A stretch of 62,276 bases of DNA from a virus. Taxonomy: Duplodnaviria; Caudoviricetes. Where the stretch lies: the IMG/VR virus record IMGVR_UViG_3300032317_000090, positions 1 through 62,276 of that record, one strand, 5' to 3'. The notes beneath the pieces were generated by a model. The model was not told the origin of the DNA and made no database searches. It saw only the letters and a list, made by a program, of their open reading frames with translations. A program made the translations under genes and the position numbers. Each line of letters begins with the position of its first letter. Within the stretch, counting starts at the first letter, position 1. Positions 9,898-19,501 of the stretch are shown here, in pieces.

Positions 9898-11274
9898 ATG
9901 ACTCCAAAATGGGATCTTGTTATTACCTGCCACGAAGCGTATCGCCTTCCGTATCTTGAAGAGTGTTTGACGGCCTGGGATCGCATTGCGGTTCCGGGCC
10001 GTCGCGTTTTGGTCTGTGACCATTTTGCGCCGCCGGAAGACCATTTTGAAAAGCGGGTTGAGAATCGGGATGGCTGGATTGTCACTCACCACGACGAGCG
10101 GCATCCATCCATGGGAAGGAATCTCGGGATGGCATTTGGCAGTGACGCGGAATGGGTTGTCTTCTGGGACGCGGACAACCTCCCGCCGGAAGGCTTTGCC
10201 GGGAATATCGAAACGGCGCTCTCGCGGCACGACATTGGGCTTGTTGGCGTCTTCGTGACCGGCTGGACGCCGCGAGACTGCCGGGACTCGTGGGGGGTGG
10301 ACACGAATTCCCTTTGGAGTAAGAAGGCCATCACAAGCGTAGGGGGCTGGAAGCGTACGCTTGTGGAGGATTGGCAACTTGGCTGGCGGATGCAGGATGC
10401 GGGCTGGCTGGTTGGCGTTCTGCCCGGCCCTCCGGTTGTTCGCCGGTCGCACAAGCTCCAGCGGACCCATGAGGACAACACCGAGGACAAGTTATGGGCC
10501 GCCCGCAACTTTGGAATCATCACGCTCATCCGAGGCGAGGAACGCTACGCGGCGGCTTGGCTTGAGGCGATCTCCAGTCACGAGCTTCCGCCGTGGTGCG
10601 GGCTTACGATCATGCTGGGGGGTGAGCCCGACTGGCAAAAGCGTTTTGCGGACAGGGTATGGCAGGCGCTCCACGGCAGGATCGAGCGAATCAACTTCTT
10701 CTCCCATGACCGCGCGAACATCGCTCCGGCCTGGGACGCCCAAACGAGAGGCGCGCGTCACTCTCGGGTTGCGACACTCTACGACTACGCTTTGTCGCAC
10801 ACGCCGGAGAATTGGGTTTTGACGTGGGAGGACGACATTGCGCCCCGGTCGCCGGATCTGCTCCGCCGGATGCAGGGAAGGATGATTCCAAGCCTTCCGA
10901 TCGGGTGCATCTCACCCGTCTACGAGGAGCGATACCGACCCGGCTATGCCTGCCTCAGCTTCGACGAGCGGGCCTGGATTGGTGGAGTAACCGTGGAGGA
11001 TGCGCTGTCCGGCGGATTCCGGCGGGTTGGATTCGTCCCGGCTGGATTCACGCTTTGGCGCAAGTCCGACATTTGCGACCGGCACGCCGTAACCGGATGG
11101 GACGCTTCATGCTGCGTGGCAGCCAAGCGGCGCGGGGCCTTTCCGTTCGTCTACCCCGAGCAAGTTGACCATGATATTCAAATGCCCGAAGGTTCTCTCT
11201 TGCCATCCGAGACCGCCCCGTCTAATCTTCCGAGATTAACGGTCGCGAGACCGATTCCGCCTATGAGGAAATAA
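9898..11274 (+). CDS. Glycosyltransferase with two GT-A (GT2-like) domains
   Basis: LVITCH...WVVFWDADN...VGGW...EDWQLGWR; second domain WVLTWEDDI...GFTLWR...GWD. Confidence 0.8.
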   Translation: MTPKWDLVITCHEAYRLPYLEECLTAWDRIAVPGRRVLVCDHFAPPEDHFEKRVENRDGWIVTHHDERHPSMGRNLGMAFGSDAEWVVFWDADNLPPEGFAGNIETALSRHDIGLVGVFVTGWTPRDCRDSWGVDTNSLWSKKAITSVGGWKRTLVEDWQLGWRMQDAGWLVGVLPGPPVVRRSHKLQRTHEDNTEDKLWAARNFGIITLIRGEERYAAAWLEAISSHELPPWCGLTIMLGGEPDWQKRFADRVWQALHGRIERINFFSHDRANIAPAWDAQTRGARHSRVATLYDYALSHTPENWVLTWEDDIAPRSPDLLRRMQGRMIPSLPIGCISPVYEERYRPGYACLSFDERAWIGGVTVEDALSGGFRRVGFVPAGFTLWRKSDICDRHAVTGWDASCCVAAKRRGAFPFVYPEQVDHDIQMPEGSLLPSETAPSNLPRLTVARPIPPMRK

Positions 11275-11921
11275 TGCAAACGCTCTCCATTGTCCTTCGC
11301 AACTCGACCGGGAGCCAACCGATCTCCGAGACCGACGCCGCCCTGGCCCTTCCGTGCGCTTTCACGATTGGCCGGGTGGTTCGATTCAAGGCGCTGGACA
11401 TTCCCGGCATCACCCCGAACACCTTCATTGAGGAGATTTACGGGCGGGTGACGGTTCCCTTTAACGCGGAAACCTCCGCCTTTACGGTTGAGCTTAATAA
11501 CGAGGAGACTGATCCTGATTTCATCATCCGGGAGTGTAATCTCCAATGTCCCTCTTGCGAGCATTGCTGCGGCAACTTTGCCGAGACAACCCAGGGAATT
11601 GGGCTTCCCGGGTTTGGCTCAAGCACTGATCCCCTTATCGTTCCGGTTCCGGTCGATCAAGATGGGAACTTCTTTGCTCGCGATGCGTTCGGGAATCCAA
11701 TCATTCCTCGTCTACTTGAGATTGAGTTCCTTGAGCTTATCGTAAATCCAGGCGCTTCAACGACGATTATTCCGATTGGATCAAGGCCAATCGCCGTCTA
11801 CTCCGGAGAGTGGGGCATCTCGATTTCGGGCTTCAATTCCGACACGGGGGCGGTTTTCCTTTCAGCCATCATCCCGCCCGGCGCGGTCGTGAAGCTCGTT
11901 TACACCTCTCCGCTTTCGTAA
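11274..11921 (+). CDS. Hypothetical structural protein
   Basis: TAATG-coupled; CPSCEHCC motif. Confidence 0.55.
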   Translation: MQTLSIVLRNSTGSQPISETDAALALPCAFTIGRVVRFKALDIPGITPNTFIEEIYGRVTVPFNAETSAFTVELNNEETDPDFIIRECNLQCPSCEHCCGNFAETTQGIGLPGFGSSTDPLIVPVPVDQDGNFFARDAFGNPIIPRLLEIEFLELIVNPGASTTIIPIGSRPIAVYSGEWGISISGFNSDTGAVFLSAIIPPGAVVKLVYTSPLS

Positions 11922-11922
11922 G

Positions 11923-13866
11923 ATGAAGCAACTAATTAGTCAACCTCACCTTCAAAACATGCCTAACCGGAGTCTCGTAAAGGCTCCGTTTGTAATTGGT
12001 GTGGCGGCGCTTCCTTCTTCCCCGGCCACTCCGGTTGAGTTGGCTATTTACGAAGGGGAATCCGAAGCCGACCGGCTTGTCTCGATCTCGCTCGTCGATA
12101 TGGGATACAGCGCCGGTCCCGTGCCCGCCCCGATTGTTTGGCCGTGGGCCTTGGTTGCGAATGGCGTCCTTTACTCGAATGCGACGGATTTTATCGTCGG
12201 CTACCAATCCACGCTCCCTCCAAATTATATCGCCGCGTTCGATCAAAACGGCTACAACGTGCTCGTCTCCCACCCATTCGACAAGCTACCGCCGATCAAC
12301 ATTCCGGTTCAGGCCGCGCCAATCTTGACGGTTGGAATTCCGTTGGTTTCCGTGGCTGGCGGCGCTCCGATCGCCCATCCAATCGACTACGATCAATGGA
12401 ACTTCCCTGGTAGTGCGACAACCAACAATACGGATCTTGTGGCCCAGGTCAACGCTTCCGGCATTCTCGGGGCAAGCAAGGTTGCGCTCGCCGTGGTCAA
12501 TGATGGCGGATTTGCTGAGCTTACCGTCACCTATCCAAGTTTCGTTTCGGCTCCTCCGGCAAACGTCCAGCTTGATCCGCAGACTCTTCCGACGATTCCG
12601 TTCCTGATGGCCGGGCTTCCGGTCACGGCCGCGACGTCAACGATTGGGGCGCAAAGCGTGTTTTACCCGGTTGGCAGCACGACGTCATTTACCGGGTCTG
12701 TGCAGCTTGCCGCCGCTATCGTCGCGGCTACATCGGCGGACGTCTGCACGATCCGGTCTATCGGTGGATTCCTTTACGCTGAGGGCGACTTTGCTTCTGA
12801 AGTCGCTATCAATGTTGACCCGAGGATTCAAACGGTAAGCTACGGCTTCACCGGGGCCGACGTGGTTCCGATTGTCCCGACTTGGGCGAAGTCTGTTGTC
12901 ATCAAAGCATGGGCGGCTGGCGGCCTGCTTGGGGACTTGGCGGCGGGCACGCAAACTCGATCGCACCCAACATTCGTTTCCTGCCGCGCAACCCCCGGTC
13001 AGGTTGGCCTGCTCCGCGTCGGCAGGGCTGGCGCTCTTTCTGGCACGAAATACGGCGCTGGCTGGTTGAGTCCGGGCGCAAGGTATCAACGGATTGGCTC
13101 CGGCTCCGGGGTCTACACTCCAGGCGGAGGCAATCTCATTTGTCTGGCTGGGCCGGTAAAGCGGGAGATCATCCTTTACAGGGCGAGCGGAAATCTCACC
13201 ACGGGCGAGGCATTCACGATCACCAAAAATTTCACCGGAATCAACCAAACCGAGGGGACATCGACAAGCTACGCTTCCGACAGCGCCCAGCTATCCAACA
13301 TCTATGGCGATTACCTAGAGTTCTCAGATCCGAGTTCGCCTCTTACGGAAAGGTCTATGCAGATCAACTTTGCGACCCCGGTGGCAATGCGGAAGCTGGC
13401 GTTCATGCTCCGCGATCCTGACTATATCACGAACGCGAAGCTCACTGTGAGCGGAGGGACCGGCACCACGGCGAACTTTTCTGTTGTGAACAATTATCGC
13501 GGGACGGCTGGGGACGCCACGATTGGCTACAACCCTGCCACCGGAGCGATTACAAAGCTCGCCAACGTCGCCTCAAGCCGGGCTATTATCATTTCGTCCG
13601 ACAGCCCACTGACTTGCACGCAAATCAAATTTGATTGGACGGATGGCGCTACGCTCGAAACCCTATGGGTGGGATTTGGCGAGCAACTCGCACAGGACGA
13701 CCTCTTACCGGACACGGGGTATTTTGTCACCACTTCATTCATTGACGGTGGCGTCGGAGTGGGCGGCCCTTACGCCTCCGGCGATGCCGACCGGGTGGGG
13801 GTTGATGCGGGCGGCGGCGCTTTGCACGGTCAGATTGTCCTCAAATGGTCTGGCGCTCCTCCTTGA
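11923..13866 (+). CDS. Putative tail fibre/receptor-binding protein
   Basis: 647 aa; Gly/Thr/Val-rich beta composition; VPTWAKSVVIKAWAAGG glycine-rich-domain motif. Confidence 0.55.
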   Translation: MKQLISQPHLQNMPNRSLVKAPFVIGVAALPSSPATPVELAIYEGESEADRLVSISLVDMGYSAGPVPAPIVWPWALVANGVLYSNATDFIVGYQSTLPPNYIAAFDQNGYNVLVSHPFDKLPPINIPVQAAPILTVGIPLVSVAGGAPIAHPIDYDQWNFPGSATTNNTDLVAQVNASGILGASKVALAVVNDGGFAELTVTYPSFVSAPPANVQLDPQTLPTIPFLMAGLPVTAATSTIGAQSVFYPVGSTTSFTGSVQLAAAIVAATSADVCTIRSIGGFLYAEGDFASEVAINVDPRIQTVSYGFTGADVVPIVPTWAKSVVIKAWAAGGLLGDLAAGTQTRSHPTFVSCRATPGQVGLLRVGRAGALSGTKYGAGWLSPGARYQRIGSGSGVYTPGGGNLICLAGPVKREIILYRASGNLTTGEAFTITKNFTGINQTEGTSTSYASDSAQLSNIYGDYLEFSDPSSPLTERSMQINFATPVAMRKLAFMLRDPDYITNAKLTVSGGTGTTANFSVVNNYRGTAGDATIGYNPATGAITKLANVASSRAIIISSDSPLTCTQIKFDWTDGATLETLWVGFGEQLAQDDLLPDTGYFVTTSFIDGGVGVGGPYASGDADRVGVDAGGGALHGQIVLKWSGAPP

Positions 13867-13887
13867 AAAACACACAGCATTAAAGTT

Positions 13888-14307
13888 ATGTTTGAAAGAC
13901 TAAAAGGTAAAATCCTCGGGCCACTCGTTCAAAACCAAGTGGCGTCACTGATTCGCGACTTTGCCACCGGCATTGGCGCACTTCTGGCCACGGCTGGCAT
14001 TCGCACCGGCACCGTCGAGGAAGCCATCGTTGGCGGCCTCATGGTGGCGTTTGGCCTGCTCGCCAAGTTCATCGACCAAGCGGACGGCCCGACCGACGTT
14101 GGGGTCAACATCTGGACGCTCCTAATCGGCCCCAGGATCAAGGACGTTTCGAGTTCGATAGCCCGGTGGGTAATCACGCTTATTGCTGGCACGCTCGCCG
14201 GGATCGCTCCCGACTTCGATTGGACCTCGCACCTTAATGGTGATCTCGTGTCGTTCATCGCGGCGGCCCTCCTTTTTGTGGCTCAACGATTCCTGAAGGT
14301 GGCATGA
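13888..14307 (+). CDS. Putative holin (internally duplicated, ~4 TM)
   Basis: Two related halves (ASLIRDFATGIGALL / SSIARWVITLIAGTL); directly upstream of amidase. Confidence 0.6.
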   Translation: MFERLKGKILGPLVQNQVASLIRDFATGIGALLATAGIRTGTVEEAIVGGLMVAFGLLAKFIDQADGPTDVGVNIWTLLIGPRIKDVSSSIARWVITLIAGTLAGIAPDFDWTSHLNGDLVSFIAAALLFVAQRFLKVA

Positions 14308-15023
14308 ATCCCGACGAAAAAGAAAAGGTCTCTACCGTCCGTTGGCACGTCGCCAACAAATGGGGGGACTCGGCCTCGCAAAAGGCAGTTCTTGAGCTTT
14401 GCGGGGGCCTCTTAGGCTACGGACCTGGCGATTCGAAGCCTTCTTCTCCGGCAGTAACGCCTAAAGGCTCTCTGCCTCGGGTGGCTGTAGTTGTTGGACA
14501 TAACAGTAAGGCAACCGGCGCAGATGCCCCTGACCCAATCGGTGACGAGTTTGGATTCAATAACCTCGTGGCCGACAAAATGGTAGAACTAGCTTCGGAA
14601 TACGGGATCGAGGCCAAGAGGTTCAATCGCTCATACACAGGAAGCTACTCGGGCGAAATCCGTTCGGCTTACGCCGCCGTAGACAACTGGAATCCCGTGG
14701 CGAGTATCGAGTTGCATTTTAACGATTCCGCTCCAGAGGCAAACGGAACCGAGACACTTCACAGCGGATCGCCCAAATCAAAAGCGTTAGCCAAGTGTGT
14801 TCAAGACGCGATGCTTTCAAGTCTCGGGCTTCGGGATCGTGGATTGAAGGAGATGGCCAAAACCGACAGAGGCGGCTTGTCTGTCCATGCCGGGAAGGCC
14901 CCTGGCATTCTGGTTGAGCCGTTTTTTTGTCACAACAGCAAAGACTTTAAATCCGCCGTGAGCCTTGGAATCGACGGGTTCGCCAGGATGTATCTTAGCG
15001 GATTGGCTAAATACGCAAAATGA
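14304..15023 (+). CDS. Endolysin, N-acetylmuramoyl-L-alanine amidase (Amidase_3)
   Basis: VVVGH...E...SIELHFN...ANGTETL...LRDRG...ILVEPFF Zn-amidase motifs. Confidence 0.92.
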   Translation: MNPDEKEKVSTVRWHVANKWGDSASQKAVLELCGGLLGYGPGDSKPSSPAVTPKGSLPRVAVVVGHNSKATGADAPDPIGDEFGFNNLVADKMVELASEYGIEAKRFNRSYTGSYSGEIRSAYAAVDNWNPVASIELHFNDSAPEANGTETLHSGSPKSKALAKCVQDAMLSSLGLRDRGLKEMAKTDRGGLSVHAGKAPGILVEPFFCHNSKDFKSAVSLGIDGFARMYLSGLAKYAK

Positions 15024-15355
15024 CACCAATGGACGACAGGGCACGGATTCGCGACGCCGAAGAGCGCGAAGAGCGCCGGAACGCGACCCGCGAATCCGAC
15101 CTCAATCACGTTCGATACGAGGACAGGGAGGTGGCTAGGGAGCGAGTTGACATCATCTTTAAGGTTTGCATGGTGGCCCTCACTTTGGTTATTATCCCGT
15201 GGGCCGTGTGGGTCACCCAGTCGATTTACTCGACTGTCTCTTTCCGTGAGATTTCGCAATACAAGCTCGACCACATCAACTCAACCTTGGAAAAAATCGA
15301 GCAAACCATTGGCGAGCTTGACTCGCACATACGGTCAGTGGAACGTAAAGAATGA
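15020..15355 (+). CDS. Membrane-anchored coiled-coil protein (lysis cassette)
   Basis: Single TM then heptad repeat; ATGA-coupled. Confidence 0.6.
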   Translation: MTPMDDRARIRDAEEREERRNATRESDLNHVRYEDREVARERVDIIFKVCMVALTLVIIPWAVWVTQSIYSTVSFREISQYKLDHINSTLEKIEQTIGELDSHIRSVERKE

Positions 15356-15465
15356 TTCACCGCCACAATCACCCGCAGTGGTTTTGGATCATCGTCTTTT
15401 CAATCCTCGTGGGCGGTCTTTGTGTCTCAATTGGATGGATTTGCGCTGTGCTTGCCGGAGCGTGA
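15352..15465 (+). CDS. 37-aa single-TM microprotein
   Basis: MIHRHNHPQWFWIIVFSILVGGLCVSIGWICAVLAGA*; ATGA overlap; fills the gap exactly. Confidence 0.55.
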   Translation: MIHRHNHPQWFWIIVFSILVGGLCVSIGWICAVLAGA

Positions 15466-15468
15466 TTT

Positions 15469-16461
15469 ATGCCTGAGTTGCAGTTTGAAGATGGTGTTTT
15501 CAAGACCAACAGAAGGGCCGGGGTTATTCCTGGCCCTTCTGTTGGAATAGTCACGCCGCCGCCGCCAATCCCGACGGTTTCCACCGCTTCATGCGAAGGT
15601 GGCGAATGTCCTCTCGGCGTCTCGATTTCTCAAAAGCCTATTGAAATCAGATCAGCGCCGACGGCAAAGATCGCCGTGGAGTCTGCACCAATCACCGGAG
15701 TTGTCATTCCGGGGCAAAGGGAGGCGGTAATCACCTCCCCGCCCGTCCTTCCGACGGCGCTGGCGTGTGAGTCCGAATGTATCGAGGGGGTTGAGCTTCT
15801 TCGGGTTGTCAGAGTCCCAGCCCCGGAGCCTCCGATTATAGGGACGCCAAGCGGAATTGTATCGGGTGTTCCCGTAAAGCGCCCGGCCATGCCTCTTGAG
15901 CGGGCCGGTATTTCACTCTCCCCCCGGTGCCTTGAGCCGCTCAACGGCTGGTCTCCAGTGTTTGCTTTGGTGGACAACCTGACTGGTGGCCTTGTCTTGG
16001 CTATTGTGGAGTGGACCGGCGGAGACGGCACACCCCCCGGAGCGCCCGTTTACGTAGGGGAAGACGGCTACGTGTTGGATGTTGAGGACGCCGTGAACAT
16101 CCAAGGCGACAGCGCATCCTCCGCTCCGGCATTCACGCTTCCAGCCGCGAGCGACATGGGCGGCGGCCGTTTCGTTCGGATCTCCGGCGGCCTTGTCTCC
16201 TACGCGGATGGCCCCGGCGGCTTGCCTGCTATTGGTTATATCTCCGGAGCCGTGGTGGCCGGTGAATTGACGGACGTGAGAATTGGCGGGCGGCTCGCGA
16301 GTTTGGCTGGATTGACTGAAGGCTTGCCGGTCTATCTTGGGCCGAGCGGTATGCCGGTGCAGGAAATCACGCTCGATGCCGGTACGCTCCAAAATCTTGG
16401 CCTTGCAGATTCTTCTACTTCGATGATCGTTGAAATCGACACCCCAACCGTAATCACTTAA
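15469..16461 (+). CDS. Structural protein with C-terminal cement/fibre-like domain
   Basis: GLTEGLPVYLGPSG motif, similar to next gene. Confidence 0.55.
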   Translation: MPELQFEDGVFKTNRRAGVIPGPSVGIVTPPPPIPTVSTASCEGGECPLGVSISQKPIEIRSAPTAKIAVESAPITGVVIPGQREAVITSPPVLPTALACESECIEGVELLRVVRVPAPEPPIIGTPSGIVSGVPVKRPAMPLERAGISLSPRCLEPLNGWSPVFALVDNLTGGLVLAIVEWTGGDGTPPGAPVYVGEDGYVLDVEDAVNIQGDSASSAPAFTLPAASDMGGGRFVRISGGLVSYADGPGGLPAIGYISGAVVAGELTDVRIGGRLASLAGLTEGLPVYLGPSGMPVQEITLDAGTLQNLGLADSSTSMIVEIDTPTVIT

Positions 16462-16462
16462 C

Positions 16463-16981
16463 ATGGCCGAAAGATTCAAGACGTTCACGCCCGCTACCGG
16501 ATGGCAACTGAAGGAAGCGAAGACGACTTCGGTTGGCGCTGGCGATGCCGGGAAGATTGTTGCGCTTGATTCGGCTGGAAAGCTCGACCCATCTTTGCTT
16601 CCTTCGATTGACGCGGACGTCTCTACGCTTCCCTCTTCCGAGAACCTTACCGCTGGAAACCTCGTCAACGTCTGGAACGACGCTGGCACGATGAAGGTCC
16701 GCAAAGCTGACGCGACCACTTCAGCGAAGCGTTCTGACGGCTACGTCCTAGCAAACGTCACATCTCCGGCAAACGCCCTCATCTATCATGACGGCTTGAT
16801 TTCCGGCCTGACCGGCCTCACTCTCGGCGCTCGCTACTACCTTTCCACGACCCCCGGCGGCGTTGTGGTTGAGGCTTCTACCGGAGTGGCTTCGGGGAAC
16901 CTCGTGCAGTATATCGGTATCGCACGCTCCACTACGGAGATTGTCTACGAACCGGACACAATTCCCTCGGTTATCGCGTAA
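16463..16981 (+). CDS. Virion structural protein (cement/fibre-associated)
   Basis: VRKADAT...GLTGLTLGARYYLSTTPG...VQYIGIA motif typical of phage structural proteins. Confidence 0.65.
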   Translation: MAERFKTFTPATGWQLKEAKTTSVGAGDAGKIVALDSAGKLDPSLLPSIDADVSTLPSSENLTAGNLVNVWNDAGTMKVRKADATTSAKRSDGYVLANVTSPANALIYHDGLISGLTGLTLGARYYLSTTPGGVVVEASTGVASGNLVQYIGIARSTTEIVYEPDTIPSVIA

Positions 16982-16987
16982 CGACAA

Positions 16988-18436
16988 ATGCCGAATTTCC
17001 TTTCCACCTTCTTTTCGGGTGTTGGCCGAAAGCTGGTTGAGTTTAAGGAAACTTCAGCCGGTGCTGGTGACGTCGGTAAATTTCCGGTCGCCAACTCTGC
17101 CGGGAAGATCGACGCATCTTGGCTTCCAGCGGGAGCTGCGGGGCCAAGCGCAGGCTTGCAATATGCTCGCGCGACAAACGGCGCAACTCCGACGACCGGG
17201 CAGCTGACGGTTGACTCAAATACCCTGGCGAGTATTGCGACCATCCGAATCCACTATACAGACAGGGCGAGCGGAAACAACGGCACTTGGCAAAACGCTT
17301 TTGGCGCGAACGATTTACTGGTCTTTACTTCTCAGGCTGGCGTTGCTGCGGCGTTCACCGTGGCGTCTCAAACGCAAGCCGCAAACGTCACGACATTTAC
17401 CGTCTCGGGAGGAACCGGAGCGCTTCCCGCTGCCGGGGGGACGGATTACATTGGAATAACTCGGAGCCCACGGGGAACGGCAGGGGCGGCAGGGGCTCCC
17501 GGAACGGGTTCCGCTGGACCGGCGGGTGCGCCAGGGAATCCGCTGACAATCAATCTTCATTCACTCTCTGGTGCGCCAGGGGAAGCTGCTGGGCCAACGG
17601 TGAGCCCTTACGGGAACGAGCCTGGATTTTTATTTGCCAATGGAGATGATAGATACGCGAATTATTTCTTCCGCCGTCCGGCCGGATCTACCACCGCTTT
17701 GACGGTGACGCTCCGCTGGAAAGCATCGCCATCGGCGACTAGTGGCAAAAACGTCTACTGGAAAGTGACCGCTGCCGGATCGTCTTCGGTTGCGGTCGGG
17801 GCAAACTACAGCGTAACGGGAGCAAATCAACTTCTGACAACGACGCTATCCGTAATTACTACAAGCGGCGTTAATACAGGGGACTGGTTTCGGTTACAAG
17901 TTGAACGAAGAGGGGCGGACGACGAAACAAACTCAATGCCCGGAAGTGCATTGCTCCTCGGTGTTACTGCTTCATGGGGCGGCGATGCGCTGACGGTCGA
18001 TTTTCCGGCACTGTCCGGTTCCCCCTCTTCCTCGACTTCGCCGGGGATTTCAGCCTTCGGAAACTCTCCAGGGTTTTTATATTTCTCCATTCAGAATGAC
18101 CTTGGTAATTTTTTCCTTCGACGCCCGACGGGATCTTCAGTGTTGTTGCAAATCACGCTCCGGTGGTTATCATCGGCGAGCGCGACAAGTGGCAAAAATG
18201 TTTATTGGAAAGCCACTGCCGTTGGCTCGTCCTCCGTTTCGAGTGGAGCTAACTATAGTGTAACTTCTGCAAATCAAACTCTCGTGACGATATTAACGAC
18301 CATTACAACTAGCGGAATCGCTGAGGGGGATTGGTTCAGGCTGGAAATTGAGCGTAGGGGAGTCTCTGAAGAAACAAACCCAATGCCGGGGACCGCAACT
18401 CTGCTTGGCGTAACTGCAACCTGGGGGGCGGCATGA
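16988..18436 (+). CDS. Fibre protein with short collagen-like linker and tandem-duplicated C-terminal domain
   Basis: GxxGxx run; two ~148-aa repeats sharing SATSGKNVYWK and GDWFRLxxERRG. Confidence 0.7.
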   Translation: MPNFLSTFFSGVGRKLVEFKETSAGAGDVGKFPVANSAGKIDASWLPAGAAGPSAGLQYARATNGATPTTGQLTVDSNTLASIATIRIHYTDRASGNNGTWQNAFGANDLLVFTSQAGVAAAFTVASQTQAANVTTFTVSGGTGALPAAGGTDYIGITRSPRGTAGAAGAPGTGSAGPAGAPGNPLTINLHSLSGAPGEAAGPTVSPYGNEPGFLFANGDDRYANYFFRRPAGSTTALTVTLRWKASPSATSGKNVYWKVTAAGSSSVAVGANYSVTGANQLLTTTLSVITTSGVNTGDWFRLQVERRGADDETNSMPGSALLLGVTASWGGDALTVDFPALSGSPSSSTSPGISAFGNSPGFLYFSIQNDLGNFFLRRPTGSSVLLQITLRWLSSASATSGKNVYWKATAVGSSSVSSGANYSVTSANQTLVTILTTITTSGIAEGDWFRLEIERRGVSEETNPMPGTATLLGVTATWGAA

Positions 18437-18819
18437 GTCAGCCCTTTAACTGGTGGATTCGTCAGCAATCAAGCTCCGGCGCGTCTATTTCATTTACGCC
18501 GAACCTATCTAGCTCTTACGGAAGCGGGGATATTTTCTCCTTAATTGTGACCCCGCCAAGGCCGACTAACGCAATCGGGTTTCGTGTTTATGTAAAATAT
18601 GGCACGTTTGGTGTATCTGGATCGCCCGCAATAACTTCTCCTGTATTGCTCCTGTCTTTTGCGCCTTATCCGTCTCCAGACCCATCCTCTAACGCTCCTA
18701 TTTACTTCGAATTTGGAACTCAGGTTTACATCAATGTGACCGCATACAATCTGGGCTTCGAGACGGCTATCGTTGAAGGGGCGTGGGTTTCGTTTTATTC
18801 TGAGCCCCCTGGTGACTAA
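18433..18819 (+). CDS. Hypothetical Ig/FnIII-like protein (low GC)
   Basis: ATGA-coupled; GFRVYVKYG...YINVTAYN...E pattern; AT-rich codons. Confidence 0.55.
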   Translation: MSQPFNWWIRQQSSSGASISFTPNLSSSYGSGDIFSLIVTPPRPTNAIGFRVYVKYGTFGVSGSPAITSPVLLLSFAPYPSPDPSSNAPIYFEFGTQVYINVTAYNLGFETAIVEGAWVSFYSEPPGD

Positions 18820-18820
18820 C

Positions 18821-19321
18821 ATGAAAACAATCACAATCAACTGGCCCGGCGAAATCGACCGGCGCGAAGTGGTGGACGAATACACGCCATCCGCAAGGAT
18901 CATCCAGACGGCGGAGGAAGTCGGCGCGACAGTCCGCGAGACGGGCGGCACCTATCCTCCGGAGTTGCAACCGACGGCCCACCAAAGGGTAGTCCGGATC
19001 TGGTCTCTCGTGGACGACGAGCCTTCCGGCGCGTGGAATATCGAGGATCTGGATGCAAACGAGATACTAGCCGTTCGGTCAGGTCTCGTGATTCACGCGG
19101 CCCAGCTTCGCGAGATGCTTCGTCGGCGAGGAATTAAAGCGTCGGTGGAAGGAGCGATTGCGGCGGCTCCCGGCGAAGATGGCGACATTCTTCGTGATTG
19201 GTATGAGTTCGCCCCAACCATTCGACGGGATTCGCTGAGAGTTGATCGAATTAGGGAAGAGCTGAATATTTCGCCGGAGACTCTTGACGAATGGTTTGCT
19301 GAAGCGATGAATTATCAGTGA
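18821..19321 (+). CDS. Putative tail fibre assembly/chaperone protein
   Basis: AAQLREML...DWYEFAPTIRRDS...LDEWFAEA pattern typical of fibre-adjacent chaperones. Confidence 0.55.
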   Translation: MKTITINWPGEIDRREVVDEYTPSARIIQTAEEVGATVRETGGTYPPELQPTAHQRVVRIWSLVDDEPSGAWNIEDLDANEILAVRSGLVIHAAQLREMLRRRGIKASVEGAIAAAPGEDGDILRDWYEFAPTIRRDSLRVDRIREELNISPETLDEWFAEAMNYQ

Positions 19322-19479
19322 AAATCGTAGCTATCATCTGTGCCATCATCGGGTTTGGTCATCTGGCCATGGCTTTCAACTGCGCCCTCCACAAAACGTC
19401 GGCTGGTATCTTCCTTTCCGGGGCAATCGCCTTGGTTTTCCTCCTGGCCGCCACGCTCCTTGTCCTTGCTTATCCCTGA
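19318..19479 (+). CDS. 53-aa two-TM microprotein
   Basis: GTGA overlap; MKIVAIICAIIGFGH...IALVFLLAATLLVLAYP*. Confidence 0.5.
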   Translation: MKIVAIICAIIGFGHLAMAFNCALHKTSAGIFLSGAIALVFLLAATLLVLAYP

Positions 19480-19501
19480 TTCGGGAATTACAATCACGCT
19501 C

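Noticed and set aside
17540-18436. Duplicated fibre domain as a DGR template/variable repeat pair
   Set aside because: Both copies are in-frame coding, differences are not adenine-specific, and no reverse transcriptase is visible
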